Origin: Squalus acanthias
Taxonomy: Eukaryota
DNA length: 64,000 nucleotides
Direction: 5' to 3'
Assembly (NCBI GenBank): GCA_030390025.1
Contig: CM059432.1
Span: 140,184,001 to 140,248,000, forward strand
A program made the position numbers and the translations under genes. How positions within the stretch are numbered: the stretch's first letter is position 1; the number at the start of each line of letters is the position of its first letter. Positions 1 through 13,147 of the stretch are shown here, one piece after another. Under the pieces are notes generated by a model. It ran no database searches. It was given only the letters and a program-made list of their open reading frames with translations, and was not told the origin of the DNA.

Positions 1-163
1 AGCATATGAGGGAAAATGTAATAGAAGGTTATGCTGATAGATTTAGATGAGGAAAGACGGGAGGAGGCTCGAGTGAAGCATAAACGCCAGCATAGACTGG
101 TTGGGCCGAATGGCCTGTTTCTGTGCCGTATATCCTATGTAATCCTATTTAATGCTATGTAAT
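1..163 (+). mobile_element. CR1 LINE 3' end
   Basis: 'gggccgaatggcct' 3' motif followed by a (cctatgtaat)-like microsatellite tail, as in other CR1 copies in the window. Confidence 0.7.
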
Positions 164-430
164 ACATTGGCTCCCGGTCTAGCAACGTCTCAAATTTAAA
201 ATTCTCATCCTCGTGTTCAAATCCCTCCATGGCCTCGCCCCCTCCCTATCTCTGTAACCCCCTCCAACCCTCTGAGGTCTCTGCGTTCCTCCAATTTTGG
301 CCTCTTGCGCACCCCTGATTTCCATTGCCCCACCATTGGTGGCCGTGCCTTCAGCTGCCTAGGCTTAGCCTAAGCTCTGTAATTCCCTCCCTAAACCTCT
401 CCACCTCTTTCCCTCTCTCTCTTCCTTTAA
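164..430 (+). mobile_element. L2-clade LINE 3' fragment
   Basis: Same sequence as L2 fragments at 22880-23060 and 43430-44050 (LHWLPV...FKILILVFK region). Confidence 0.75.
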
Positions 431-703
431 GCCTGCACGACAAAGTTGTTGTGGCTTTCCTGCCACCTAGACAACCTAGTTGGAAGTTGTTGTTGTAGCG
501 ATGAATCCAAACCCCCCGTCCAGTAGCCTCAGGAACCTGTGACATGCCTCAGCCAGATACTGTACAAAAATAGATTCATCCAGACAAATCCCTTATGACA
601 AAAGACTGACCAGGACTCCCTGAACATTCATTATCCTAAACCAGATGTCGGTCAAGTGGTTAAGTCCACACATTTATAGGCTGACCTCACCAAATAAATG
701 AAA

Positions 704-1446
704 GAGACGATTTTAATCCTGCCTGCCTGGTGGAAACTGGGGGAGTTGGCGGCGGGGGGGGGAGGGGGGGGGTGGGGGGGAGCGAGGGCAGTTAAAATAA
801 TTCCTGGGAATTATTCGCCAATGTCCCACCATCTTGACGATTTCAACCTACTCTTCTGAATAAGCGGAATGGACACCCAAGAAGGGGTCCCCCTTTAAAT
901 ATGCAAATCAAGTGCCATTGACATCATCAGGGCTCGACTGCTATTTTAACTAGAGGCCTGCACGAGGAGGTCATTGTGGCTTTCTTGACACCAAGACAAC
1001 CTAATGGGAAGAGGAGCCGGAGCCGGATTCGGAGCTGGATTCGGAGCCGGAGCCGGATTCGGAGCCGGAGCCGGATTCGGAGCCGGATTTTACTTTTTAT
1101 GACTTTCCTTGTAGGGCCCAGGAGGAGTAGGAGCTTTTCCCTTCTCCCACAAGGAGAGTTTAGGGTTGCCTCCCACCCCCCATTGTTTCCACACTTCTCC
1201 TCCTGATCGCAAGGCCCTCCCGAACCCCCTTCCCGTGACTTACCTGAGTGCCGGGGACCCGTTCCCTCACTCCCATCGTGCGCCGCTTTCGAGTGGGAAG
1301 CTGAATCCCGGGGGAGTTGAACTCTTCCTGGGGCCTCACACTACCGAAATTAGGGTGGTTTGCCATCCGCCCCCTGCCCTCTGCCCTCTGCCCCTCGATC
1401 CCTGACACCAGTCTGCCCAATTCTCGCCCAGACTTAAAATCGAGGT
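704..1446. mobile_element. Degenerate Harbinger-type MITE (~740 bp)
   Basis: Imperfect TIR gacgattttaa...ttaaaatcgag resembling gggctcgatttt ends; no clear TSD. Confidence 0.5.
1012..1090. repeat. Tandem repeat (GGAGCC/GGATTC hexamers)
   Basis: ggagccggagccggattc repeated about 4 times. Confidence 0.9.
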
Positions 1447-2157
1447 TTCAAGGTTGTTTTGATCAAGCCTTTGAATCAGTACTTCTTTAGCATATTCAGG
1501 TACTCTTTGTCATCTTGGTCTCTTTAGAGGTTAAAGCAAAAATCTATTCCAAGGTTGTTAGGCCTTTTCCTGAACGTTGGCTTTGTTGCTATAACGTTAT
1601 GCATTACGACCATTCTTTCATTAAATAGTGCTGCGCGTTCTTTCAGATTTGCTCATTAAGTTGATTAACCCCCTTGGCTGTCTTTGTTGTGTATTTTTGC
1701 ACATATCACCCTGTCTTTCTATAGGGCTGGATCGCAGCACCATTTTTGTAGACAAGCATGCCATTTCCACCAATGCACCGATTTATTACTACCACTTCCG
1801 AACCAGATTTGGCCCCGGCCAATCTCATATAGAAAAGTCGAATACCGATAGAGTAAGGATACAGCAATCGGTCAGTCGGGCTGGGTGCAGCGACATGTCC
1901 ATGAAGAGCCTGCAAGGTGACAGGGTACCCTTTAAAGAGGTCCAGCATTCCATTCTGGAATCTGGGTTCCAGTGCCAGGCCGTCGCAAGAAGCTCTCGGC
2001 AGATGAAGGAATTGGAAGCGTCGCCACAAGATTTAAATGTGGGTCAGATGCCCTGAATGGCCTACGGTAAGGTTTGAACTGCTCCTGTAATCACCAACGC
2101 ACAACCAGAAGGAGAACATGGGGCAAGTGGGTCTTTGTGGGCCCATTGTAAAAGAGA

Positions 2158-2590
2158 AAAGAAAGACTTGCATTTATATTGCGCCTTTCAAAACCTCAGG
2201 TGTCCCAAAGCGTTTTACAGCTAATAAAGCACTTTTTTTTTGAAGTGTAGTCACTGTTGTAATGTAGGAAACGAGCAGCCAATTTGCGCACAGCAAGCTC
2301 CCACAAACAGCAGTATGATAGTGACCAGATAATCTGCTTTTAGTGATGTCGATTGAGGGATAAATGTTGGCCCCAGGACACCGTGGAGACTTCTCCCCTG
2401 CTCTTCTTCGAAATAGTGCCGTGGGATCTTTTACGTACACCTGAGAGGGCAGACGGGGCCTCGGTTTAACGTCTCGTCCGAAAGAAGGCACCTCCGACAG
2501 TGCGGCACTCCCTCAGCACTGCCCTGGGAGTGTCAGCCTCGATTTTTGTGCTCAAGTCTCTGAGTGGAACTAGAAGCCACAACCTGACTG
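2158..2590 (-). mobile_element. tRNA-derived SINE (SacSINE1/Deu-SINE-like)
   Basis: Reverse complement of the copy at 5505-5943. Confidence 0.85.
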
Positions 2591-3231
2591 CACCTGTGCT
2601 AATGTAAACCTCAGATAAATGCAAAACGTAAGCGCAAGATTTTTTTGATTTTTTTTGCTGTCGCACCCCAATTCCTTCCTTGATACTTGTTTTGCTCCCA
2701 GTAAATTATTGATTATTCTTTGAGCCAAACTGAGATGAACCAAGCTGGGCTCTCTGGTGTTTATTTTCTTTGGATGACGAGGGCTCATTTTCTCATTCCT
2801 TGAACCTCATATCATCACAGTTAAACACTGGCAAGACAAAAGCGCACACTTTGACATGTAAAAATAGATGGGTGCTTTTCTTGACAAACATTGTTTTTGC
2901 CTCAGTTTGATACAGTCTCTGATGTAGCATGATCCCTGACACGACCGGAATTATTATGGTTCCCTTGTTGGTACAGAGACCTTGTAATACATCATCTCCG
3001 TGAAACTCCCTCTGCTGTATCGCTCCCAAAGACAACATTATTTGAAAGTACTGCTAGTGAGGGCTTTAATCAGTCTAGAACTAGGATAGGCAGTGCTTTT
3101 GCACCAAACCAAAGATGTTTCCAAGTTTTTCCATTGCATTTGGAAAATGCTGATGATGATGTAGAGTATTGAAAAGTTCTGTGACTCTACTCAAGATGCC
3201 TACTTCATTTACAGTACAAATTATTTTAGAT

Positions 3232-3705
3232 GATATAGAATCATAGAAATTTACGACACAGGAGGCCATTCGGCCCATCGTGTCCGTGCCGGCCGACAAA
3301 GAGCCATCCAGCCTAATCCCACTTTCCAGCTCTTGGTCCGTAGCCTGGTAGGTTACGGCACTTCAAGTGCATATCCAAGTACTTTTTAAATGCGATGAGG
3401 GTTTCTGCCTCTACCACCCTTTCAGGCAGTGAGTTCCAGTCCCCCACCACCCTCTGGGTGATAAATTTCTCCTCAAATCCTCTCTAATCCTTCTACCAAT
3501 TACTTTAAATCTATGCCCCCTGGTTATTGACCTCGCTGCTAAGGGAAATAGATCCTTCCTATCCACGCTACCTAGGCCCCTCATAGTTTTATACACTTCA
3601 ATTAAATCTCCCCTCAGCCCCCTCTGTTCCAAAGAAAACAACCCCAGCCTATCCAATCTTTCCCTATAGCTAAAATTCTCCAGTCCTGGCAACATCCTCG
3701 TGAGT
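3232..3705 (-). mobile_element. CR1 LINE 3' fragment
   Basis: ORF 3411-3695 (LGLFSLEQRGLRGDLIEVYK) plus (atagaatc) tail. Confidence 0.9.
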
Positions 3706-4045
3706 CTAACTGATTAAAAAAAATATCTGCTTTGATGTAAAGGAAATGAAGCCTTTTCGTAGGATTAAAAACTCCTTCGGGTTGAACCGAGATACCTGGG
3801 CAAAATCGCACACAGTGCTGTCCCAGATTAGGAACAGATTCAGACATCGGGGGCTGTCATCAGCAACAGTGTTTATTCAGTGAAATGCCAACTGTGACAA
3901 GTTATCTCACTCCACCCAGAGCATGACTTAAGCTGCAGAAAGGCCGCCTACAAACAGGATGATTTACGAATGCTGCTGGAAAAATTGCTTATATACATAG
4001 AGTTACATAGAATGTACAGCACAGAAAGAGGCCATTTGGGCCCGA

Positions 4046-4483
4046 CAGCAGCAACAGCAGCAACAGCACTGGGAGCACGAGCAGCAATACTCCATCTGCA
4101 ATACGGTGCCGCAACCAAAATCAAGGCAGCATCAGTGGTCTGATTATAATATATATAACGGTTTATGATTTCCCTCCAGCAAGTTATGGAATCGTGGTGA
4201 GGAGAAGAAAGAAAGAAAGAATTTGCATTTCTACAGTACATTTCACAACCTCAGGACGTCCCAAAGCACTTCACAGCCATTGAGGTACTTTTGAAGTGTA
4301 GTCACTGTTGTAATGTAGGGAAAGTGACAGCAGCTGGGACATCTGTCTGACATCTGTTTTTACATGTAGTGCCTCTGAAGAATGCTTCCATATGAGAAAC
4401 TGCCTCTTGTTTTATCCTCTTAAGATCTGGTCCCTATGTGGAATTCTTTGCAAGTCTTTTTCATTTCCATGTCTCCCTCAGCC
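4046..4483 (-). repeat. Inverted duplicate of 26363-26785 with an embedded SINE tail
   Basis: Reverse-complement match includes non-SINE flanks on both sides of the SINE tail. Confidence 0.85.
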
Positions 4484-5504
4484 TGGCTTTTTTGTGCTCA
4501 TGTCCCTGGAGTGGGGATATGAACCCACACGGCCTTCTGACTCAGAGGTGAGAGGGGCTACGGCTGGCACAAGCACCACAAAGGAAAGCTCTTGACTCAC
4601 CTGGGGGGCCTGTTCGTCCTTCCTGAACCAGCTGCCGGCCTGCTTTAGCCTGGCAGCAGAAACCTCGGCCATTTCCACGCTCAGGCTCCAGTTAAATCTC
4701 CATCGAGGTCCCATTGATTCCTGAGGCTTCCACTTGCTTCAGGTGGAAGCCTAATCGCCCTGCAGAATGCTGCAGGTTAACATGGGCAGACAGCGGGAAT
4801 GACTCAAGTTCCGAGCGGGGTAAGCAACCTGTTTGCTTTTTAACTCGCCCATCCTGCCAGGATCGGGTCGGGTTAAAATCGGCCCCATGATGTCAAGTGT
4901 CTGAAAATATGTTGGAAAGGCTCTCAAATTCATAATGGAAAGTTGGAGTTTTGATGTGAGACTTGGGGAAAAAAACTTAAATCAAGCGGTTAAAACCGAC
5001 TGTGCTATTTCCCGGTTATCTCCGGTCCTAACAGTTGCTTATATTGTTGCTGGTTCAAAATTCTGGAGTTCCTTGGCTGACATCGTGATGGGAGCACCAT
5101 CAACACAGCAACTTCCATGATTCAAGAAAGCCCCACCAGCACCTTCACGGGACAACTGGGGATGGACAATAAATGTGGCCTTGGCAGCATCAAACCACAC
5201 CCCCAGAACAAATAAATCGGCCGTTTGTTCCAGCATGGTGGATTATTACTCAATCAATTCACTTTGATAACATTGCAAGCGTGTTTTCAGTGTAGAGGCC
5301 ATCAGGCAAAACTGCACCTTCTGTCTACAAAACTAACACACTACCGTTTCCGTCTCCCTAATCATTGTTTTTGCTTCTCTCTCTTTACTCTTTGGCTCTC
5401 CATTCCAAGTGTTGATCACTCTCTCCGCATAAAGAAGGTTCTCCTGATTTCAGCCCTAATGATACCTTTTATCAATTTGAACCTGCGTCCTCTAGTCTCA
5501 CTCC

Positions 5505-5943
5505 GTGTTAGCCGTGGCTCAGTTGGTAGCACCCTCGCCGCTGAGCCAGAAAGTTGTGGGTTCAAGTCCCACTCCAGAGACTTGACACTCCAGGGCAGTA
5601 CTGAGGGAGTGCTGCACTGTCAGAGGTGCCGTCTTTCAGATGAAACGTTAAACTGAGGCCCCATCTGCCCCCTCAGGTGGATGTAAAAGATCCCACGGCA
5701 CTATTTCGAAGAAGAGCAGGGGAGTTCTCCCTGGTATTATTCTCGCCAATATTTATCCCTCAATCAACATCACTAAAAAACAGATTATCTGGTCATTATC
5801 ACGTTGCTGATTGTGGGAGCTTGCTGTGCGCAAATAGCTGCCACATTTCCCACATTACAACATTGACTACACTTCAAAAAAGTACTTCATTGGCTGTAAA
5901 ACGTTTTGAGACATCGCTATGTAAATGCAAGTCTTTCTTTCTT
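5505..5943 (+). mobile_element. tRNA-derived SINE (SacSINE1/Deu-SINE-like), near full length
   Basis: A box tggctcagttgg, B box ggttcaagtccc, central gatcccacggcactatttcgaagaagagcagggg, L2-like tail ending taaatgcaagtctttc. Confidence 0.85.
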
Positions 5944-6116
5944 CCCACAGTTTAATTTAAAGAAGTGTTGACTTGAATGGTAATAAAAATGGGGAGATTT
6001 GTAAAACGGGTCAGAATCGCATAAAGTCAAAGATCTACCCCATTGTTTGCTCCATAACTTGTATAACTATCAAACATAAATTTAAAGGGGCACTGGCTTC
6101 TTGAAAAGGTACTATT

Positions 6117-7091
6117 GGCCTGTATTTTGCAGCCCCCTACGGGTGCGTATGTGGTGCGTACGTGCCCGTAAGGGGCCGCGCAAGTTCCAGGTTTTCGCGT
6201 GTGAAGCGCATGCGCGAAAACCCGGAACTTGCAATCTGTCAGGAATCTTCTTGACCGATCATCCGCATCCCCGGGAAAAGGGCCTCCACGCGTGGAGAGT
6301 TGGGCTATTTGCCCAACTACTGCCCAGCGAATGCCTGTGAAATTCTTACGCCTGCTTTTACCAGCGTAAGAGTTTAAATGAATGTAAAAATAAATTTTTT
6401 TCAATTCTCTTCTCTTAGGCAGCCCCTCGGAACCGAGGATGACTTGCTTCCACACTAAAAATGAGTTCTCAGGTGACTGATGAGTCCAATGCGGGACTTA
6501 CAGTCTCTGTCACAGGTAGGGCAGACGGTGGTTGAAGGGGCGGGTGGGTGGGGTGCTTGGGTTGACGTGCGCTCCTTCCACTTTGTGTGGTCTTGGGCCA
6601 GGGATTCCCTGGTGTCAGTGGGGATGTTGCACTTTTTCAAGGAGGCTTTGAGGGTGTCCTTATTAATTATTTAAACATTAAAACACCTGTAAAATAAGGT
6701 ACGGTTATTTTTAAGCCCCTTTAAAACATTTAAATTTATTTTTCAAAAAATTACATTTTTGTTTTAAATGTTAAGAATATTTTTTTAATTAAATTGTATT
6801 TTAATTAATTTTAAATATGTAATTTTTTGTATTTATTTGTTATGTAAATGTGTTTTTAATGTGATCCCCATAAGCATGAATGGGGATCCTCCTTCCTTCA
6901 TTGCTTGGGCCGGCCCACGTGATCCCGGGGCGCTTGCGAACCGCCTGCCCCACTGGGATACGTGGGGCTCTATGCATCGAGGCCCAGAAGTGCGAGTCTC
7001 CGTGGATCTAGGACCATCAGGTAGGTGCGTAGATTTTTTGCCGGTCGGAGGCATCTGCCCGCGGGAAGCCTCCGACTGCAAATTCAGGCCC
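6117..7091. mobile_element. Harbinger-type MITE (hairpin family), interrupted by RTE
   Basis: TIR ggcctgtattttgcag / ctgcaaattcaggccc; flanks att/ata; same motifs as 49529-50288. Confidence 0.75.
6405..6660 (-). mobile_element. RTE-clade LINE 3' fragment
   Basis: C-terminal CPTCDRDCKSRIGLISHLRTH zinc-knuckle motif; matches 18910-19325. Confidence 0.85.
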
Positions 7092-7464
7092 ATAATGTCT
7101 TTGTAAGTAAACATGAAGATTTTCCACATGCCAAGGCAGCAATAAGGGAGGATGCTACAATTGACGTCAGCCTCCCTGGGTCAGGGAGGGGAAAAATCAA
7201 CCAGGCTTTGCTACTCCTAATCTCTATCCAGTGACCCATGCTGGAAAGTGCATGCATATGAAGGTTGGTGGGAGCAGGATATGGCTCGACTGTGATGCTT
7301 TCCATGACTCAATAGTCTGCCGACAGTTATATTTTAGACTAGCACGTTAAGAACGGGTACTTGGGCAAGGTACCAGAGAGTTACCACACCCATGGGATTG
7401 TGCACCATAGGAATCAGCATCTTCAGAAAGGAGGGGAGAAAATTGAGGGAAAAAATTGCAACTA

Positions 7465-7805
7465 ATGAATCATACAGCCTTGAAGGAGGCCATTCAGCCC
7501 ATCATACCCATGCTGGCTCTTTGAAAGAGCTATGCAATTAGTCCCACTCTCTCCTCATAGCCTGGCAAATTTTTCCCCTTCAAGTATTTATCCAATTCCC
7601 TTTTGAAAGTTACTATTGAATCTGCTTCCACCACCCTTTCAGGCAGCACATTCCAGATCACAACAGCTCACTGCGTTTCTCCTCATCTCCCCTCTGGTTC
7701 TTTTACCGATTCTCTTGAATCTGTGTCCTCTGGTTACCGACCCTCCTACCAGTGGAAACAATTTCTCCTTATTTACTCTATCAAAACCCTTCATAATTTT
7801 GAATG
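7465..7805 (-). mobile_element. CR1 LINE 3' fragment
   Basis: Reverse match to 10800-11157. Confidence 0.8.
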
Positions 7806-9929
7806 TTTTTGATAAAGGTGGTGAGCCATGCAGTATAGTTTTGGTAAAACTGGAATTAATGACTTCAAATCGTAGGTTAATGGAAGTCCTAATTCAAATG
7901 GAAAAGTTATTGTTCAAGTGCCCAGGAAGAAGGCAAATTACTGTCTCGTATTCTTTGTTGAGGATGTAGACAGATATTTTTCAAGCCTGTCTCTACCTAG
8001 TGCTTACCGCCTGAGAATAGAGTGGTTGAAGTTGAATGCACTATCCGGTGGTTATCACTGTTGATGCAGTAGCTCCTATCATCTACCAGTGGTGATAATG
8101 ATGCCTGGGAATTCTATCTATACCATGATACACATTAGAACATTAGATGCCAGATTCCTGGTAATCAATACTCACACAGCAATGAATCATCAGCATTAAT
8201 TTGATGTGTTTTAGTGTGTAATAAAGTAATATATGTTTGGTTTTGCATTTCGTGGACAACTGTATTTAGAGTCAACGAGTGCTCTTGTATTTTTAGGCTT
8301 TTTTAGGCTGTGTTATCTCAGCCTGTCATCACTTAGTTCCTGTTCAGGGTATCCATTCAATGATGCCAGTCAGGCTGCCTCCTGCCTATCTCGGGAGGTT
8401 TCCAATCTGCGTCACACTGCACCCTGTGTGGGTAGATGTGAGAAAAAACTGTGCAGAGATACCAGCGGCACTTTTCCACTGGTCTTTGTCCTGTGTTCAT
8501 TGAGCAACTCTCTCCCATCCCTACATTTTTGTATCCCTAGGCTCATTTTCTGAGGTCCTGTGATAGGGCTGTAAGGTTTCGTGCAGTCAATCATTCTAGT
8601 ACAGCCAGCGCCTCGACAGCTGTGTTCTTCTGGGCTGACAAATGTAGTTCAGACAATTGATAGCTGTGTTATTCTGGGGTAACTACTGTGCGGAATTGTT
8701 ACCCTGATCTTTTTGAACACTTTTACGATTTCATTGGAAAGGGTCTACATGGAAAATCTTGCCACTGTGTTTGGCTTGTTCCTAACACACAGCCGCCAGA
8801 GGAAATGTTTCCCCTCAGATTTATACCACAAAAGCTTGAGGGAATGTCAAAGCATTAAGTTACACAGAGAAGGAACAAAGACCCTACTTTTAAGAGTGCT
8901 GTGAATGATAAAGGCTGTTCAGTAGTCTGATTGGTGTGGCAAAGGTTGGACGCGCCTGATAGTCCGACACTACAACTGTCATTTAAGACGTTCACAGTTC
9001 AGTGGCAGTGAAAGCAGTACAATATACTGAAGTTTGGTCACCTCTCTTCCAAAATGTCAGCTACTGCGAGTAGCATCAGCGTGTTCTGGGTTCACTACTC
9101 TTTGCAATGCCACTGTGCTGGATTTGCTAATATATGGGGAGGAAATTCGGCCGAGCCGGGGAGTTACCCACCAGAGTGCTAAATGCAGTATTGTCCATTT
9201 TCCTGGGTGTGGCAATGCGACCAAATGAGTCTGATTTGAATCACGCCAATTTCCGAGCTCACACACTGGATAGGAGACGTCAAATCCAGTGAGTCAGGTG
9301 GTAATTTCCTCCAATGATGATCGAGCGATCGATCAAATCCCAGTTTTCCCACTGCCGGTTAATCCGCCCAAAAGCTGCTACAAAGTGAGGAAAACCCGGC
9401 CGAAATGATGTTGAGACACTGCTCATAAAAATGTGGCTAATTCTGCCCCTGGGGGGAAGATGAATTTAAAAATTGTGGTGGTGCCGATCAAAATGACTAA
9501 AGGATGACCTGCCACAAAATCTATTTATCCGAACTTCAAAACATTTCGGCAATTCTTTATCCAAAGGGGATCCGAATTTTGGATTCACCAACAGTGGAAT
9601 TGCAGTTTTGTAAAACATTCAACAACTAGAGTGATCATAACAAGAAGGTTGACCCTCCTGCCAATGTGGAAACAGTTTCTCCTTATCTACTCTATCAAAA
9701 CCCTTCGTAGTGAAAACTAAGAAAGGCCTGGGCTAATTGTGACCAGTCAGCAGGCATCTGGAATCTTGCCTGCTGGGATTGCAGGTTGGGAAAGTAGGCG
9801 CACGCTCATCCTGGTTTTCCAATTAAAGTTAACGGAGAGAAAATCACGGGCCCCATGTGCCCCTGAATTGCCAGCAGGCTATCCAACTGGGTGATGCTTC
9901 ACACCAGAAGTCTTAATTCATAAAGTTAC

Positions 9930-11157
9930 CCAGAGGGTAAAGATGAATGGAATGCAGTAGATGTCGTATTTATTGACTTTCAGAAAGTATTTGATAAGGT
10001 GCCTCATGAGAGACTTGTTGCAAAAATTCAGGAAATGTGGCAGTGTGGATCGAGACATGGCTAGGAAAGAGAAAGCAGAGTGTAGGGGTAAATAGATGTC
10101 TTCGGTTTGCTTGGCCGTGTTTACTAGGATGCCCTGAGGATTTGTATTGGGACCTCTTTTGTTTCCTATTTGCATAAATGATTTGGGCATGGAAGAACTG
10201 TATCGAAGTTTGCTGATGATCCAAAATATATTAATGACTTAGACTTGGGTGCACAGGGCACAATTAAAAAATTTGCAAATGATACAAAACTTGGAAGTAT
10301 AGTGAACAGTGAGGAGGATAGTGATAGACTTCAAGAGGACATAGACAGGCTGGTAGAATGGACGGACAAGTGGCAGATGAAAGTTAACGCAGAAAAATGC
10401 AAAGTGATATATTTTGGTAGGAAGAACGAGGAGAGGCAATTTAAACTAAAGGGTACAATCCTAAAGGGGGTGCATGAGCAGAGAGACCTGGGGATATATG
10501 TGCACAAAAAAAGAATACGGGATCCTAGGGTTCATAAATAGAGGTGTAGAGTACAAAAGCAAGGCAGTTATGATGAACCTTTATAAAACACTGGTTCGTC
10601 CTCAACTGGAGCATTGTGTCCAATTCTGGGCACCGCACTTTAGGAAGGATGTGAAGGCCTTAGAAAGGGTGCAGAAAAGATTTACGAGAATGGTTCCAGG
10701 GATGAGGGACTTCAGTTAAGTGGATAGACTGGAGAAGCTGGGGTTGTTCTTCTTAGAGCAGAGAAGGTTGAGAGGAGATTTGATAGAGGTGTTCAAAATC
10801 ATGAGGGGTCTAGACAGAGTAGATAGAGAGAAACTGTTCCCATTGGCGGGAGGGTCGAGAACCAGAGGACACAGATTTAAGGTGATTGGCAGAAGAACCA
10901 AAGGCGACATGAGGAAAAACTTTTTTACGCAGCGAGTGGTTAGGATCTGGAATTCACTGCTTGAAAGGGTGGTGGAGGCAGATTCAATTGTGGCTTTCAA
11001 AAGGGAATTGGATAAGTACCTGAAGGAAAAAAATTCGCAGGGCTACGGGGCAAGGGCGAGGGAGTGGGACTAGCTGAAGTGCTCTTGCAGAGAGCCGGCA
11101 CGGGCTCGACGGGCCGAATGGCCTCCTTCTGTGCTGTAACCATTCTATGATTCTATG
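9930..11157 (+). mobile_element. CR1 LINE, RT C-terminal half and 3' UTR (decayed)
   Basis: KFANDTKLG, KWQMKVNAEKCK, LVRPQLEHCVQFWAP, LRGDLIEVFK; (ttctatga) tail. Confidence 0.92.
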
Positions 11158-12114
11158 AAAATGAAGTGGTAATGCAATGTGAATAATGCAAGAGATTGAA
11201 GGAGACCGATTAGTGGAGCAGGCAGAGAGATAGATGTTGTTCAATGAAGAGTTATGTGAAGTGGTACATTTTGGGGGAAAACACAGCCAAAGGATACATA
11301 CTATGAATATTAAGAGTGCTTAAAAAAAAAGTGGAAGAACAGAGAGATGCAGATATATAGGGGGAGATATTCGATTAGCAGATATTCACCAGCCAGCACC
11401 CATTTTTCAGGTGAGAATCAGCCACAATGCGTTCAGTGGGCGGTGGGGGGGGGGGGGCGAGGGGGTGATTCTTAGATTTAAATAAAAAACACTTGTCTTT
11501 AAAATGCAAACAGATCTGTCATGTATTCCCGGTATTTTCCTGTTTTTATTACGGTATATTTCTTTAACAATTTCCTGGACGCTATTCATCCTTCAGGCAA
11601 CTGAGATACTGGGGTTGATGTCTGAGACTGCACACTGCTCCTTCTTCAGAATGGGACGTGAAATAAAGCCTCAGTTTTCATAGCAAAGTGACTGGGTTTA
11701 TTGTACTTGCGAAGTTTCAGAGGGCTTCCTGCTTCCAGCTAAGCAGGAGAACCACGTTAGCTGCTGACTGTTTATAATTTGTGGGAAAATCTGACAGAGA
11801 CCTGCAAAGAGCAAACAATCATTTTCACAGATCTCTGATGGAAGGGTTATTATTTTAACCTTTTTATTAGTTATTGCTGGACAGATACATGAGTCTTTGA
11901 GCAATAAAAGTTGACTTCCTCCTCCCTTTCTCTTATCTCCAATTTAACATTTTACGCTGGCTTTCATAGCATTCTCGCTGCCCTGCAGACGAGTGAACCA
12001 ATGGAATCATTTCAGTATATTTTCCAAATAAAGGACCACTGTCATTATGAAAAAAGTTTAGCAAACTTTTGTTGGTCTGTGGATGGAGAAGAGTCTTGCG
12101 TCATTTATATCAAC

Positions 12115-12300
12115 AGTAACAACTTGCATTTATATCGCGTCTTTAATGTAGTAAAATGTCCCAAGGCGCTTCACAGGAGCCTTATCAGACAAAATTTGAC
12201 ACCGAGCCACATAAGGAGCTATTAAGAGGTAGGTTTTAAGGAGCATCTCAAAGGAGGAGAGAGAGGTCAAGAGGTCGAGAGGTTTAGGGAGGGAATTCCA
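12115..12300 (-). mobile_element. L2 LINE 3' tail
   Basis: aacaacttgcatttatat...gagccacataagg matches other L2 tails. Confidence 0.75.
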
Positions 12301-12639
12301 GTGCTCCATTTGTCACCCTGTTACGTGTTTCCATAAATGATAAAACGTTTGCTACTTTTGATTTTGAAGACGGCGCCTCTTCGATGTCACCCCTCCTTCT
12401 TGCAGTGGTTGGGCACGGAGATTGTCAAGACTGCAAAGATCCTTGTGATGCTTGTGTCTGTCATTCTCCGAGTGGCCTGCAGGAGGCGCATCTCAATGGG
12501 CCAAGCTGACTATTGGGTACCTCTACTTCCTAAACTGGAGGACATAGTTTGTGACCAGTGGTAATTCTATCAAACAAGCTAAGAACAGAAGATGTTCAAC
12601 CAAGTCAAGGTAGGCACATCTGCAAGGCTCGAAGCTCAA

Positions 12640-13100
12640 GACCGTCCAGGAAAAAGCAGTCCGCGTGATTTGATAGCCCATTCACCATCTTAAACATTCA
12701 CTCCCTCCACCACCGGCGTACCGTGGCTGCAGTGTGTACCATCTACAAGATGCACTGCAGCAACTCGCCAAGGCTTCTTCGACAGCACCTCCCAAACCCG
12801 CGACCTCTACCACCTGGAAGGACAAGGGCAGCAGGTCCGTGGGAACACCATCACCTCCAAGTTCCCCTCCAAGTCACACATTATCCTGACTTGGACATAT
12901 ATCAGCCATTCCTTCATCCTCGCTGGGTCAAAATCCTGGAACTCCCTCCCTAACAGCACTGTGGGAGCACCTTCACCACACGGACTGCAGCAGTTCAAGA
13001 AGAAGGTTCACCACCACCTTCTCAAGGGCAATTAGGGGTGGCCAAGAAATGGCGGACTTGCTAGCAATGCCCACATCTCAAGAACAAATATAAAATAAAA
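12640..13100 (+). mobile_element. CR1-group LINE (family 2) 3' fragment
   Basis: AAVCTIYKMHCSNSPRLL; matches 21500-21957. Confidence 0.88.
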
Positions 13101-13147
13101 GTGCTTGAGTTGCTACACCATCCCACAGCCCAGCGGCCTGACCCAAA

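Noticed and set aside
976..1206. RS-repeat ORF resembling an SR protein
   Set aside because: Translation of a hexamer tandem repeat; no RRM or exon context
5505..5580. Possible tRNA gene
   Set aside because: tRNA-like head continues into a SINE body present in many copies
9135..9451. Possible short Harbinger MITE (ggggaggaaatt...aattctgcccc)
   Set aside because: Weak TIR match and no TSD
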